Positions 36,113 to 46,379 of a stretch of DNA of 64,000 nucleotides are shown here, in pieces (position 1 is the first letter of the stretch; the number at the start of each line of letters is the position of its first letter). Source of the DNA: a plasmid; sequence record NZ_CP025192.1, one strand, 5' to 3'. Below the pieces are notes generated by a model. The model was not told the DNA's origin. It ran no database searches and was given only the letters and a program-made list of their open reading frames with translations. Made by a program: the position numbers and the translations under genes.

Positions 36113-37228
36113 TCAGCCCTCCTCGGCGTTCTTCCAGATCCGTTGCGTGGGGTTGTTGCGCCACAGATCCGCCGGCCGCAGATAGCCCAGCGCGACCTCG
36201 GCGGAGCGGTGCCGGGTCTGTCGCATGACCTGGGCGAGGTCGGCGCCCTGCTCGCCGGCCGCGGTGGCCAGCCCTGCGCGCAGAGAGTGCCCCGAGAAGC
36301 GCTCCCACCCCTCCAGCCCGGCCGCCTCGGCTGCCCCCTTCACCAGCCGCCACACCGCCTTGTCCGACAGCGCGGCGGTGGAGAGCTTCCCTGCCTTGCT
36401 CATGCCCACAAAGAGCGGCCGCTCCCGATCGGAGCCCCCGCCGGTGATGTCGGAAGCCCCCTTCCGGAAACCCAGCCAGGCCTCCAGCGCCGCCAGCGGA
36501 CAGCAGCCCGGCTCGGCCGGGTTGGCCCAGACGGCGACCTCCTGGCCGGCGCCGCGCTGGTCGGTCTTGGAGCGGCGGATCAGCACGCGCAGGCCCCGGC
36601 CCGGGACGACCTCCACATCCCCCAGTGCCAGACCCACCAGCTCGCTGCGCCGCAGCGCCGCCCCGAAGCCCACCAGCAGCAGCGCCCGGTCGCGGGCGCC
36701 GAGCGGGGTGGTGGCGGGCGGACGGGCGGCCAGCATCAGCCGCAGGGCGTCCGGGCCGGCCGCGGCGGCGCGCCTGCGGGGGCGGGTGCCGTGGCTGCGG
36801 GCGATGCCCTCGAGCACCATGGCCAGCCGCGGCTCGCGCGGATCCAGCGCCACCCCGGCCAGGCGGTGGGCGGCCTGGATGGCGGCGAGGTGGACGCGCA
36901 GGCTGGCGGGGCTGAGGCCCCGGCCGGCGCAGGCGGTGGCATAGAGGGCCAGCGTGCCGGCATCGCCCGAAAGCGGCTCGCGGCCGAGCGAGCGGCACCA
37001 GCGCTCGTAGCCGCTCCAGGCGGAGCGGTAGGCGCGCCGGGTGCCGGGGCCGCGGGCGCGGGTGGCATAGACCGCGGCCTGGGCGGCGAGTTCGCGGAGT
37101 TCGGCGGCGCGGGCGGCGCCACCCGGCACCACCAGGTCGCCCAGCAGCGTGGTGTGCAGGATCAGGCTGCCGTCCGCGGCCGGCGTCGCCGGGGAGGCGG
37201 GCGGGGCAGGGGAGCCGGCGCCGGTCAT
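36113..37228 (-). CDS. int: Tyrosine site-specific recombinase/integrase (371 aa).
   Basis: Catalytic-domain motifs RRSELVGL, RRSKTDQRG, GHSLRAG, RHRS...LGYLR; start overlaps the vapC stop. Confidence 0.75.
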   Translation of the reverse strand: MTGAGSPAPPASPATPAADGSLILHTTLLGDLVVPGGAARAAELRELAAQAAVYATRARGPGTRRAYRSAWSGYERWCRSLGREPLSGDAGTLALYATACAGRGLSPASLRVHLAAIQAAHRLAGVALDPREPRLAMVLEGIARSHGTRPRRRAAAAGPDALRLMLAARPPATTPLGARDRALLLVGFGAALRRSELVGLALGDVEVVPGRGLRVLIRRSKTDQRGAGQEVAVWANPAEPGCCPLAALEAWLGFRKGASDITGGGSDRERPLFVGMSKAGKLSTAALSDKAVWRLVKGAAEAAGLEGWERFSGHSLRAGLATAAGEQGADLAQVMRQTRHRSAEVALGYLRPADLWRNNPTQRIWKNAEEG

Positions 37229-37632
37229 GGCGCGGCGAAGGGGTTGCGGATGGTCAGTTGCCCTTCGACCACCTGCCCGTCCTGCAGATCCTCGGAGAAG
37301 AGCGTGTCGCAGCCGGCCTCCAGGGCCGAGGCCAGGATCAAGGCATCGTAGATCGTGTAGCCCAGCCTCTCCGCCAGCCCAACGGCCGCCTCGTGCGTCG
37401 CGACGGTGAGCGGCCGGGGCGCCGGACAGAGAGTCCGGATGGCGGCCAGCGCCTGCATGACCTCGGGCCAGGGCCGGCGTAGCTTGCGGCGGGCGACGGC
37501 GGTGAACTCGTTGAGCACCTGGACGCTGACCAGGCCGCCCCGGGCCAGGAGGCCGCGCGCCGTCTCGGAACGCGGATCCGGCTGCAGGGCAGCGTAGAGC
37601 AGGATGTTGGTATCGAGGAAGGGCCGGTTCAT
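37225..37632 (-). CDS. vapC: VapC-type PIN-domain toxin (135 aa).
   Basis: MNRPFLDTNILLYA...; PIN fold residues; overlaps the upstream antitoxin stop. Confidence 0.65.
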   Translation of the reverse strand: MNRPFLDTNILLYAALQPDPRSETARGLLARGGLVSVQVLNEFTAVARRKLRRPWPEVMQALAAIRTLCPAPRPLTVATHEAAVGLAERLGYTIYDALILASALEAGCDTLFSEDLQDGQVVEGQLTIRNPFAAP

Positions 37633-37865
37633 CCGCCACGCTCGTTGGCTTCGTCGCGCGAGAAACGGAAGCCGTCGGGCAGGTGCCAGCCGAGACCGCG
37701 CAGCGCCTCGATCGCCTCGTCGCGGCGGCGGTCGCGGGCCACGCGGAAGGTGTGGGAGTCGGCCACCTCGATGGCGACCTCGTCGCCCTCGCGCAGGCCC
37801 AAAGCCTCGACCACGGCGGCGGGGAGGCGAACGGCGAGGCTGTTGCCCCAGCGGCTGACCTGCAT
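37629..37865 (-). CDS. vapB: AbrB/MazE/SpoVT-family antitoxin (VapB-type), 78 aa.
   Basis: MQVSRWGNSLAVRLPAAVVEALGLREGDEVAIEV is the swapped-hairpin AbrB-type fold signature. Confidence 0.65.
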   Translation of the reverse strand: MQVSRWGNSLAVRLPAAVVEALGLREGDEVAIEVADSHTFRVARDRRRDEAIEALRGLGWHLPDGFRFSRDEANERGG

Positions 37866-37878
37866 GGCGATCTCCTAA

Positions 37879-37906
37879 GGATATACTTTGTGAATGGTAT
37901 ATCCTC
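37879..37906. promoter_or_regulatory. Perfect 9-bp inverted repeat AGGATATAC-N10-GTATATCCT, 14 nt upstream of vapB; putative autoregulatory operator in an AT-rich promoter region.
   Basis: Seen directly in the sequence; location typical of TA-operon operators. Confidence 0.4.
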
Positions 37907-38146
37907 CGTGCGGCGCGAGCAAGCTTTTCCGTCCGCAAATGGGGATTAGCGGACGGAAGAACGGGCGCTGCCTGCGGGGGCGCGACACGGTCGCCGGGGG
38001 CGTTTGGCGGGGCGGCTGAGTAGCACAAGTGAAGCCCGTCTTTTGATTTCATTTCGCGTTTCAGGACACTGTTTTTATACATATCCTCAGTACGAAGAAT
38101 AGGAGCCTCGAAGCCCCTTCAACAGCTCCCAGCAGAGGTTGGCGGC

Positions 38147-39259
38147 ATGGTAGACTGGGACGAAAACGATCCCGACGACGGCAGCACGCCGCCCTGCGCC
38201 GCGCGCCGGCCCGGTGCACGCCTACCGGCGACCGCGCCCGATCCCGCCCGGCTGCTGCTCCCGCTGGCCCAGGCTGAGGACCTCGTCTCGCGCCTCGACG
38301 CCCGCGCCGGGGCCGCTTCGGAGGCGCTGCGCGAGGGCCTGGTCGCCCGCCTGGCGCTGGCCGAGGCTAGCTCCTGGCTCACCCAGGCGGGCCTGCCCAC
38401 CCACCCGCACGACCTCGCCCTTCGTGCCGCCGGCCTCACCGGCTCCTGGAGTGCCGCCTCCGACCTGCACCGCCTGGAGCGCGCCATGCCCGCCACCTGG
38501 GGTGGCCGCGACGGCGAGGTGGGCGCGGTCGCCGCCGAGCACCCGGTGGAGCAGGCGCTGGCGCTCGCCCGCCTGCTGGCCCGGCTGCCGGTGTTCCGGA
38601 CGGATCCGCTGGACGCGGCGGAGACGCTCGCCGCGGCGCTGCGCGCCCTGGGCGACAGCGCCTGGCCCGCCGCCATCGCTTCGCCCGGCGCCGCGGTCCC
38701 GGACGTCGCGGCCTGGCGGCGAGGCTGGTTGCGGGCGGGGGAGGGGTTGCCGGCCCTGCTGGCCGCCGCGGAGGCCACGGCCTGCTGGATGCGCGAGGCC
38801 GGGGAGGGGGACATCGCCCGGCCGGAGCCGCAGCAGGCGGTGTTCCTGGCCGCCGTGCTGCTGAAGCGCCGGCGGCGGCTGGGCCATGTGCCTTTGGTCT
38901 TCTGGAGCGGGGCGGGGCCGGGGGAGCGTCTGCCGCGTCCCACCGCGGATCCGGCCGCGTGGCCCGTGCTGTTCCTTGCTCGCGTGGCGACGGCAGCCCG
39001 GCGTGGGCTGGAGGTGCTGGACCGCCTGGAGGTGGCACAGCAGCGACTTGCCGTGCTGGCCGAGGGCGCGCGGCGCTCCTCCTCGCTGCCCGCCGCGGCG
39101 GCGCTGCTGCTGCGCCGGCCGCTCGTCACCGCGCCACAGCTGGCGAAGGACCTCGGCCTGACCCATCAGGGCGCGCTGCTGATCCTGGCCAAGCTGCAGG
39201 GGGCCCGGATCGTCCAGGAGGTGACGGGCAGGGGGAGCTTCAGGGCATACGTCACATGA
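38147..39259 (+). CDS. Hypothetical protein with a C-terminal winged-HTH-like segment (370 aa).
   Basis: ORF track; C-terminus ...TAPQLAKDLGLTHQGALLILAKLQGARIVQEV...; upstream AT-rich region. Confidence 0.4.
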   Translation: MVDWDENDPDDGSTPPCAARRPGARLPATAPDPARLLLPLAQAEDLVSRLDARAGAASEALREGLVARLALAEASSWLTQAGLPTHPHDLALRAAGLTGSWSAASDLHRLERAMPATWGGRDGEVGAVAAEHPVEQALALARLLARLPVFRTDPLDAAETLAAALRALGDSAWPAAIASPGAAVPDVAAWRRGWLRAGEGLPALLAAAEATACWMREAGEGDIARPEPQQAVFLAAVLLKRRRRLGHVPLVFWSGAGPGERLPRPTADPAAWPVLFLARVATAARRGLEVLDRLEVAQQRLAVLAEGARRSSSLPAAAALLLRRPLVTAPQLAKDLGLTHQGALLILAKLQGARIVQEVTGRGSFRAYVT

Positions 39260-39525
39260 TGCTTTGAGACAGGGGGTTATCCGGGAGATAGGTACGTCGT
39301 TGTTCTTGGCGCCAGACCTGGACACTATGGCAACAGATCTTGTGCTGAAGCCGATCAGTGTGGGCTAGCGGCAACACAGGATGGGAGGGTTGCCTTGAGG
39401 ACCTGCTTCGGAGCGCGATCGAGCGTTGACACGGCGCGCCCTACGGGCACGCCAAGCGTCCGAAGGCCTCCGAGGCGAGGACTCACCGTCGCGCGCCCCG
39501 TGAAGGCCCTCGTCCCACCTGAACC

Positions 39526-41390
39526 TCAAAATGTCAGCGTCATGAGGAAGCGAAAGGTGCGCCCAGGCAGCAGCACCTCGTCCTTCTTGAAGGAGGCGAC
39601 GTTGCGAATGTCGGAGTCCAGCAGGTTGCTGCCGATGACCGAAAAGTTCGCGCTACGGACGTCATCGAGGCGAGCCGTGTAGCCAATGCTGGCGTTGAGC
39701 AGCTCATAGCCCTTGGTCGAGGTCTCGTTCTCGCTCACTTTGTTCTGGTTGAAGGCGTGAAGGTAGTCGACGGTGCTCTGGAAGTCACCGCCGCGCCAGA
39801 AGACGCCACCACCCAGGCGGTGGGGAGGGATGCGGGGCAGGTTTCCGGCGCCGTTCGTGAACTGTGCCCGCACGAAGTCGTAGCGGCCCAATATGCCGAC
39901 GATACCATCCCCGATGCTGAAGAGGTCTTGCTCCGCCTTAGCCTCCATGCCGTAGAAGCGGGCATTGCGCTGGCCGTAAGCGGTTTGCCGAAACTCCCCG
40001 TCTCCGCCGACCGCACAGGAGCTGAACTCCTCGCCGCAATTGGCCCCGGTGAGGACCCGATAGATGAAGTTGTCGAAGTGCGAGTAGTAGGCGCTGCCGT
40101 CAAAGCGCGTGCGCCCGATCACTCGTGCCAGGCCCAGCTCCACCGTGGCTGCGGCTTCCTTGCGGAGGTTTGGGTCGCCGATGTCGAAGGTGCCCGAGGC
40201 ATCGTGGGCGCCGCGCGAGTAGAGTTCGGCCGCGCTGGGCGCGCGCTCCACATACTGCCCGGTCAGGCGCGCCTGCATGGCCCAGGGCAGGTCGTAAAGA
40301 GCACCGGCGCTGAAGCTGACCGGCGTGAAGCGGCGCCGACGGCCGGTGTTCTCCAGTTCTACATCGGGATCAACAGGCAGATTTCCGTCCGGAAAGTCCG
40401 CCGTAGCGCCAGCGACACGGGCGAGCTCGATACGCGTGGAGGCCTGCAGACGCAGCCGCGAGGTCAAAGTCAGCTCCTCGAACAGATAGGCGGCGTAATT
40501 GTCGGTACGGGAGGGCGGGATGAACTCGAAGAACTCGCCGGTGGTCCGCAGCCGCTCCGACTCGGCAGAGAGGCCGAAGGTGCCGTTCAGCATGCCGATT
40601 CCGGTTTCCACCGGAACATGCTGCATCTCCAGCCGGCCGTCCCAGGTGTTGTTGCGGAATCCACCATGAACCACCCGGTTGTCATAGGCCGCGAAAGGAT
40701 CGTCGCCTCCCTCATCCTCATCGGCAGCCCCGATTTCCTCGTGGTGGTAGGTGGTGAAGCCGAACCAGCCGCTGATGCGCTGGATGGGGCCGCGGTCGGG
40801 CCGGTACTCGGCACGGTTGGACCAGCGCACCTGCTCCGCGTCGATCGCTGTGCGCGCCGCGGCATCCTCGCCACCGGGGATCTCGTAAAGGCTGCGGAAG
40901 TGCGACACGGAGGTGCCGACGAAGCCCTGGTTGAAGATGTAACTCAGCCCCGCCGATTTTCCGTCGGTGCGCACGCCGCTGTTCTCTTGCCGCCTGCCGC
41001 CTGGGATACGGTAGTCGCTGTCGTAGCGGCCAAACAGGTCGAAATGGGCCACCCAGTTGCCGGCACGGACGTCGGTGCTGCCCACCCCGTTCCAGCCACG
41101 CGTTCCGGTGTTCCAGCCACCGGAGAGATGCCCTTGCACGGCGCGGTCCGGTAGCATGGTGGGAATGCGGTTGTTGATGACGTTCACCACACCGCCGATG
41201 GCCTGGGAGCCCCAGCGCAGCGCGGCAGGACCACGCACCACCTCGATCCGTTCCGCCGTCAGCGGATCAAGCGGAACCACATGATCCTCGCCGTAGGAAG
41301 AGACATCGCCAGAGGCAAAGCCGTTCTCCTGCAGGCGTGTGGATCGGCATGGAATAGGAACCCTGTTGGAGGGGTGATCGGCGTCCAAAA
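39526..41390 (-). pseudogene. TonB-dependent outer-membrane receptor lacking its 5' end (signal peptide, TonB box and part of the plug), truncated by the ISL3 insertion.
   Basis: C-terminal ...TFRFLMTLTF (terminal aromatic residue); beta-barrel repeats; the frame starts within the plug domain and is contiguous with the ISL3 end. Confidence 0.6.
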
Positions 41391-43036
41391 GGGGCTCTGA
41401 CGCAATTTCGATGGCGGTCATCGGCCTGCTGCTATGACGCGGGCCTGGAGCAGGTCGAGATTCCCTCTGCCATACATCTGGCGTTTGACCACCTTCAGCT
41501 TGTTGATCTGCCCCTCGGCTTGGGCGTTGGACCAAGCGGAGGAAATTGCGGCTCGGACGGCGACATGATCCCGGGCGAGCCCGCGCGCGAACGGGGCCAG
41601 GAGGCTGGCTGCCGCCCTGTCGAGCCAGCCATCCAACGCGGCCTCATGTTTTCGGCGGATCAAGGCGTGAAAGGCTTCGACGATCTCCCGCGCCTGGACC
41701 AGGGTAGGCACCGCTGCTTCGATAGCAGCCACCGTCACAGTCTGCGTCTTGGACAGGCTGTCACGCGCCATGGTCATCAGGCGTGCCACGGTGCGGGCCG
41801 ACGGAACACGGCTCAGCCCCTCGACGTTGACCTGCTCTGACCGGCGGCGACGCGTCGCCCACTCTGCGACCACCCGCAGCGAGCCGTGGAAGCCGAGATC
41901 GCGAAGCTCGCGCCACAGCGCGGCGCCGTTGCGGACTCCAGCCGCCCAGCGCGCGTCCAGCCAGGGGAGGTGTGCGTCGAGCGAGCTTTCCCGCGTGCGG
42001 AACACATCCGCGCGCTGGCCGCGCAGGATGCGCCGCACCGTTCCGCGGCTATGACCGGTGCACCGGACGATCTCCTTGATCGCCTTGCCCGCCTTGTGCA
42101 GCGCCAAGACCGCGGCGTTGGCGTCCTCACGTCGGAGATAACCCTCGTACTGGAGCTTCTCCGCCGCGGTCAGCAGCCGGGGGTCGACCGTGGTGGCGCC
42201 GATAGCCGCGCGCACCTGGCGCATGCAGGCTCGGGTCGCGGCCAGAAAAGCCTGGCTGGCGTTCTCCATCAGGTGCCAACGATCGGCTACCTGCATCGCA
42301 TCAGGTAGCGCCCGTGCCGCGGCCAGGGCGTAGGCGCCACCGCGGTCGCGGGTCACGATCTCGATCTGCGGCTGGCCGGACAACCAGGCCTGCGCCGTTG
42401 CGGGCTCGCGGTCGGGCAAGAGGGCGATAGTGCGTCGTCGCTCCAGGTCGCAGATCAGCGTGCCGTAACGGTGGTTGCGCTTCCACGCCCAATCATCGAT
42501 CCCGACCGCCTGCGGTGGCGTGAACGCTGGGCTTCCACGGCGCCGGACGACCCGCAGCAAGGTGTCGTTGCTGACCGGTAATCGCAGCCTCTGGGCGAAG
42601 CTCGCGGCCGGACGGCCGCCAAGCGCCAGGCCGAGGTGGTGGACGATCTCGTCCAGCCGGGCCGTGCGCCGAGCCCATGGCGTCGCAGCCACGAACCGTT
42701 CGGAGAAGATGCGGCGGGGGCACAGGGCACGGTCGCAGCGGAACCGCCGGACGAGGAGCTTCAATTCCACAGGACGCCCGCTCAACGGGAGATCGGCCAA
42801 GTTCCGAGTGTAGCGGCTGTGCACTCGATGGCTGACGCCACCACAGCCGGGACAGATCCCTGCTACCGTTGATGGTCGCACCGTCATCACCACCGCTGTG
42901 CCGGTCTCGTCCACGCTCTCCAGGACGAATCCTGGCGGGATTAAAGCTGCTGGACTGAGGTTCCTCGCCATCCTGCTGATCCCTGACTGACCAGGGAACC
43001 CAGCACGTCAACTTCAGCAAAATTGAGTCAGAACCC
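41391..43036 (-). mobile_element. ISL3-family insertion sequence (about 1.65 kb) with imperfect terminal inverted repeats of about 20 bp (GGGGCTCTGACGCAATTTCG / CAAAATTGAGTCAGAACCC).
   Basis: Inverted repeats found by reverse-complement comparison (about 17 of 20 matches); single transposase ORF. Confidence 0.55.
41418..42971 (-). CDS. tnp: ISL3-family transposase (517 aa).
   Basis: N-terminal zinc finger CPGCGGVSHRVH; C-terminal ISL3 hallmark ...EGQINKLKVVKRQMYGRGNLDLLQARV. Confidence 0.75.
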   Translation of the reverse strand: MARNLSPAALIPPGFVLESVDETGTAVVMTVRPSTVAGICPGCGGVSHRVHSRYTRNLADLPLSGRPVELKLLVRRFRCDRALCPRRIFSERFVAATPWARRTARLDEIVHHLGLALGGRPAASFAQRLRLPVSNDTLLRVVRRRGSPAFTPPQAVGIDDWAWKRNHRYGTLICDLERRRTIALLPDREPATAQAWLSGQPQIEIVTRDRGGAYALAAARALPDAMQVADRWHLMENASQAFLAATRACMRQVRAAIGATTVDPRLLTAAEKLQYEGYLRREDANAAVLALHKAGKAIKEIVRCTGHSRGTVRRILRGQRADVFRTRESSLDAHLPWLDARWAAGVRNGAALWRELRDLGFHGSLRVVAEWATRRRRSEQVNVEGLSRVPSARTVARLMTMARDSLSKTQTVTVAAIEAAVPTLVQAREIVEAFHALIRRKHEAALDGWLDRAAASLLAPFARGLARDHVAVRAAISSAWSNAQAEGQINKLKVVKRQMYGRGNLDLLQARVIAAGR

Positions 43037-43179
43037 TGATTCAGTGCCGATTGACAGGCAACGGCGCGTTGTTCAGCTTCCGGCGCGAAGGCCTGCTGTA
43101 GCCGTGGATCAGGCTGGCGCAGGCGCATCGGCCGCCATCGTCCGATCGGAGTGAGCACAGTATGTCGTCGCCAGAGCAA

Positions 43180-44181
43180 CTATAGAAAGTCTCGCCCCGC
43201 GTGCTCCTCGAAGAGCCGCGCGTTGCGAACGTAGCCAGACAGCACCTGGACGCTCTTGTGCCGTGACTGCTGCTGCATCTGGAAGATGCTCGCCCCGGCG
43301 CGCGCCGCCGCGGTGAGGAAGCCCGCGCGTAGGCTGTGCCCGCCGAAGGTGCCGGCGTCGAGGCCCGCCGCGGCGACGCGCGCCTGCACGATGCGCGCGA
43401 TGGCGCGGTCGCTCATCGGGTCGGCGGTGACGCGTCGGCCGTCGTTGGAGATGCGGCGGAACACGGAGCCCTCGGCGATGCCGGCGCGCGCGAGCCAGGC
43501 CTCGAGGTGGCGCACGGGGTGCAGCCGCCGGCCCTCCGGCACGGCGATCTCGGCGCCGCGGCCCTCCTGGTCACCCTTGGAGCGGCGGATGGTGACGCGG
43601 TAGCCCTCCGGGACCCGGTGCAGGTCCTCGACGCGTAGCGCGACGAGCTCGCTCCGCCGCAGGCAGGCGGCCATGCCGAAGGCGATGAGCGCGCGGTCGC
43701 GCACCTCGCGCAGCCCGCCGCCGCGGATCGCGTGCAGCACGTCGCGCGTGACGTCGGCGTCGGCCGCGGCCTTGCGCGCCGGCGGCCGGCCGTGCGCGCG
43801 GCGGACGCCGGCCATGATCTCGTGGATGATCGCGCCCTGCCCGGTTTTCTGCGGCGGCTGGCGGCCGGCCCGGCGGTGGACCCAGCCGATGGCGGCGAGC
43901 TGCACCTGCACCCAGGCGGGCGACATGCCGCGGGCGGCCTCGGCGGCGAGCCAGCCGGCGACGACGGCCGGGTGCGCCGGCAGCGGGTCGTGGCCCTGGG
44001 CGGCGCACCAGGCGGCGAAGGCGTCCCAGGCGCGCTCGTACTTCAGCCGGGTGGAGGCGGCGCGCGACGCGGCGGCGTAGCCGCGCGCGGCCTCGACCAC
44101 CTCCGGGGCGAGCGCGGGCGACCGGTCCGCGGCCTCCGCCGCCGGCACGAGCGCCCCCGATCCCTCGTCCCCGGCCCCCAT
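43180..44181 (-). CDS. int: Tyrosine site-specific recombinase, paralogue of int at 36113-37228 (333 aa from M37; the ORF extends to 44289).
   Basis: RRSELVAL, RRSKGDQEGRG, GHSLRAG, RHKS...SGYVR motifs; same family as the first integrase. Confidence 0.7.
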   Translation of the reverse strand: MGAGDEGSGALVPAAEAADRSPALAPEVVEAARGYAAASRAASTRLKYERAWDAFAAWCAAQGHDPLPAHPAVVAGWLAAEAARGMSPAWVQVQLAAIGWVHRRAGRQPPQKTGQGAIIHEIMAGVRRAHGRPPARKAAADADVTRDVLHAIRGGGLREVRDRALIAFGMAACLRRSELVALRVEDLHRVPEGYRVTIRRSKGDQEGRGAEIAVPEGRRLHPVRHLEAWLARAGIAEGSVFRRISNDGRRVTADPMSDRAIARIVQARVAAAGLDAGTFGGHSLRAGFLTAAARAGASIFQMQQQSRHKSVQVLSGYVRNARLFEEHAGRDFL

Positions 44182-44208
44182 GAGCCTCCCTGCCCCAGCG
44201 CGCGTCCT

Positions 44209-44237
44209 GTGTCCGGAAAAGAGAAGTTTCCGGACAC
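44209..44237. promoter_or_regulatory. Perfect 11-bp inverted repeat GTGTCCGGAAA-N7-TTTCCGGACAC about 30 nt upstream of the integrase-2 start; candidate operator or recombinase-binding site.
   Basis: Seen directly in the sequence. Confidence 0.35.
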
Positions 44238-44431
44238 AGCCACCGTAGCCGCAGGCTTGCTCCGAGGGCAAGCCTTCTGGCAGCCGCAATGCGGCAGGAG
44301 GTGAGCGGTGGTAAGGCCAGTTACCGCTCCTAACGCGGGCGCCGCTTGTTGCCGTCGCCAGCGACGCGCGTCCACACTCCTAGACAGCAACGAAGATGCT
44401 AATAGGCGTGTAGCCGGTAGAGGAGGCAAAG

Positions 44432-46198
44432 TTGTACAAACCGGGGGGCACCATCGCCGAGGCACTCAGCCGCATCCAGAACAAGACCTATGTTCTGCCG
44501 GCGATCCAGCGCGAATTCGTCTGGAAGCCAGAGCAGATCGAGCGGCTGTTCGACAGCCTGATGCAGGGCTATCCGTTCGGCACCTTCCTGTTTTGGAAGG
44601 TGGAGCCGAGCACCAGCGGCAAGTTCAAGTTTTACGACTTCGTGCTGAACTACCATCAGCGCGACGCCGCGCACTGCCCGGAGCTCGGCAAGATGCACCA
44701 CCAGAGCGTCACGGCAGTGCTCGACGGACAGCAGCGCCTCACTGCCCTCAACATCGGCCTACGCGGTTCGATGGCGATCAAGCAGCCGAACAAATGGTGG
44801 ACCAACCCGGACGCATTTCCAAAGCGAACGCTGCGCCTGGACCTGCTCGCACCGCAGACACCAGACGAGGACGGGGTGGTCTATCGGTTCCGCTTCCTCG
44901 ACGACGGCCAGGCTGCGCGAGATGAGAAAGCCCACTGGTTCAGTGTGCCCGAGATCCTAGGCATGGAGGACGGACCGGCCATGTTGTCCGCGCTTATGAC
45001 GCGCGGGCTGCAAGGTGACGCTCTAAGGGCCGCCTATTCGACCCTCGACCGCCTCCACCGAGTCGTCCACTCGCACAACCTGATCAACTACTATGAAGAG
45101 GAGACGCAGGACGTCGAGCGCGTACTGAACATCTTCATCCGCCTGAACTCCGGCGGAACGGTGCTTTCCTATTCCGACCTCCTGCTGAGCATCGCGGTCG
45201 CTCAATGGAAGCAGGTGGACGCACGCGCCGAGATCCATGCTCTGGTCGACGAGCTGAACCGGATCGGTACGGGCTTCTCATTGAGCCAGGATTTTGTGCT
45301 GAAGGCGGGGCTGATGCTGGCCGACATCGCCAGCGTCGGCTTCAAGGTCGAGAATTTCACCACCGCCAACATGGCCGCGCTCGAGGCGAACTGGCCCGCC
45401 ATCCGGGCGGCGCTCGTGCGGACGGTCGAGCTGGCGGCCAGCTTTGGCCTCAACGGTCAAACCCTCCGCGCCGACAGCGCCCTCCTGCCGATCGCCTATC
45501 ATCTCTATCGCCGGAACGTGCCTGCCAACTATGCCAGCCACAGCCAGTTCGCGGCAGATCGGGAGGCAATACGGGGTTGGTTGATCCGCTCGCTCCTGAA
45601 GGCGTCCGGCATCTGGGGCAGCGGCCTGGACACGCTGCTGACAGCCCTTCGCGAGGTCGTCCAGCAGCACGGGGCGGATGCCTTCCCGGTCATTCAGCTC
45701 AGGCAGGTGATGACGCAACGCGGCAAGTCGCTGACCTTCGAGCCGGCCGAAGTCGACGACCTTCTGCACATGGAATACGGCGACAAGCGGCTCTTTCCTC
45801 TGCTCGCCTTGCTGTTCCCGTTCGTCGACCTCAGGAACAACTTTCATGTCGATCACGTCTTCCCAATCTCTCGCTTCTCCCGCGCGAAGCTGCTGAAGGC
45901 GGGATTCAGCGGGGATCAGGCGGAGGACCTCGCCCGGCACGCGAACCAGCTGCCCAACCTGCAGCTGCTCGACGGCGCGATTAACAACGAGAAGCGCGCC
46001 GCCATGCCCGGCGAGTGGCTGGCCAAACAGTATCCTGATCCATCATCGGCGCAGCACTATCGAGAGAAGCATCTGCTTGGGAATGTGCCGGACGACCTCA
46101 CGGGCTTCGCGGCCTTCCACGCGGCGCGGCGGGACCGGTTGCGAACTGTGCTGACCGGGATGCTGGTAGGACCGGCGCAGGTGTCGGATCAGGGGTAG
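44432..46198 (+). CDS. DUF262 (ParB/Srx-like NTPase) plus DUF1524 (His-Me finger nuclease) fusion; a GmrSD/SspE-like defence nuclease (588 aa).
   Basis: N-terminal LPAIQREFVW (DUF262 DGQQR-type motif ...LDGQQRLTAL); C-terminal ...NFHVDHVFPIS... (DUF1524 HxxH/HNH-like); TTG start with GGAGG ribosome-binding site. Confidence 0.7.
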   Translation: MYKPGGTIAEALSRIQNKTYVLPAIQREFVWKPEQIERLFDSLMQGYPFGTFLFWKVEPSTSGKFKFYDFVLNYHQRDAAHCPELGKMHHQSVTAVLDGQQRLTALNIGLRGSMAIKQPNKWWTNPDAFPKRTLRLDLLAPQTPDEDGVVYRFRFLDDGQAARDEKAHWFSVPEILGMEDGPAMLSALMTRGLQGDALRAAYSTLDRLHRVVHSHNLINYYEEETQDVERVLNIFIRLNSGGTVLSYSDLLLSIAVAQWKQVDARAEIHALVDELNRIGTGFSLSQDFVLKAGLMLADIASVGFKVENFTTANMAALEANWPAIRAALVRTVELAASFGLNGQTLRADSALLPIAYHLYRRNVPANYASHSQFAADREAIRGWLIRSLLKASGIWGSGLDTLLTALREVVQQHGADAFPVIQLRQVMTQRGKSLTFEPAEVDDLLHMEYGDKRLFPLLALLFPFVDLRNNFHVDHVFPISRFSRAKLLKAGFSGDQAEDLARHANQLPNLQLLDGAINNEKRAAMPGEWLAKQYPDPSSAQHYREKHLLGNVPDDLTGFAAFHAARRDRLRTVLTGMLVGPAQVSDQG

Positions 46199-46379
46199 CT
46201 GACTGTCTGGAAACTCTGAGCAGGCGGCGCTTCGCCGGAGCATGGTGCGCGACATCGCCGCGCAGATCATGCCCCCGAACTTATTGAGAGGGCTTGGGTC
46301 ATCTTGAACCGTGCGCATGCCCAGCGGGCCTTTCAGCCCTACCCGTGGCGGCAGCTCTTTCAACTGCACCCGAGCCGGC

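Noticed and set aside
43037-44431. tRNA or tmRNA attachment sites next to either integrase.
   Set aside because: No cloverleaf-compatible sequence (conserved GTTC..RA T-loop plus acceptor stem) could be recognised by eye in 37900-38140, 43037-43180 or 44190-44431. This cannot be excluded without tRNAscan.
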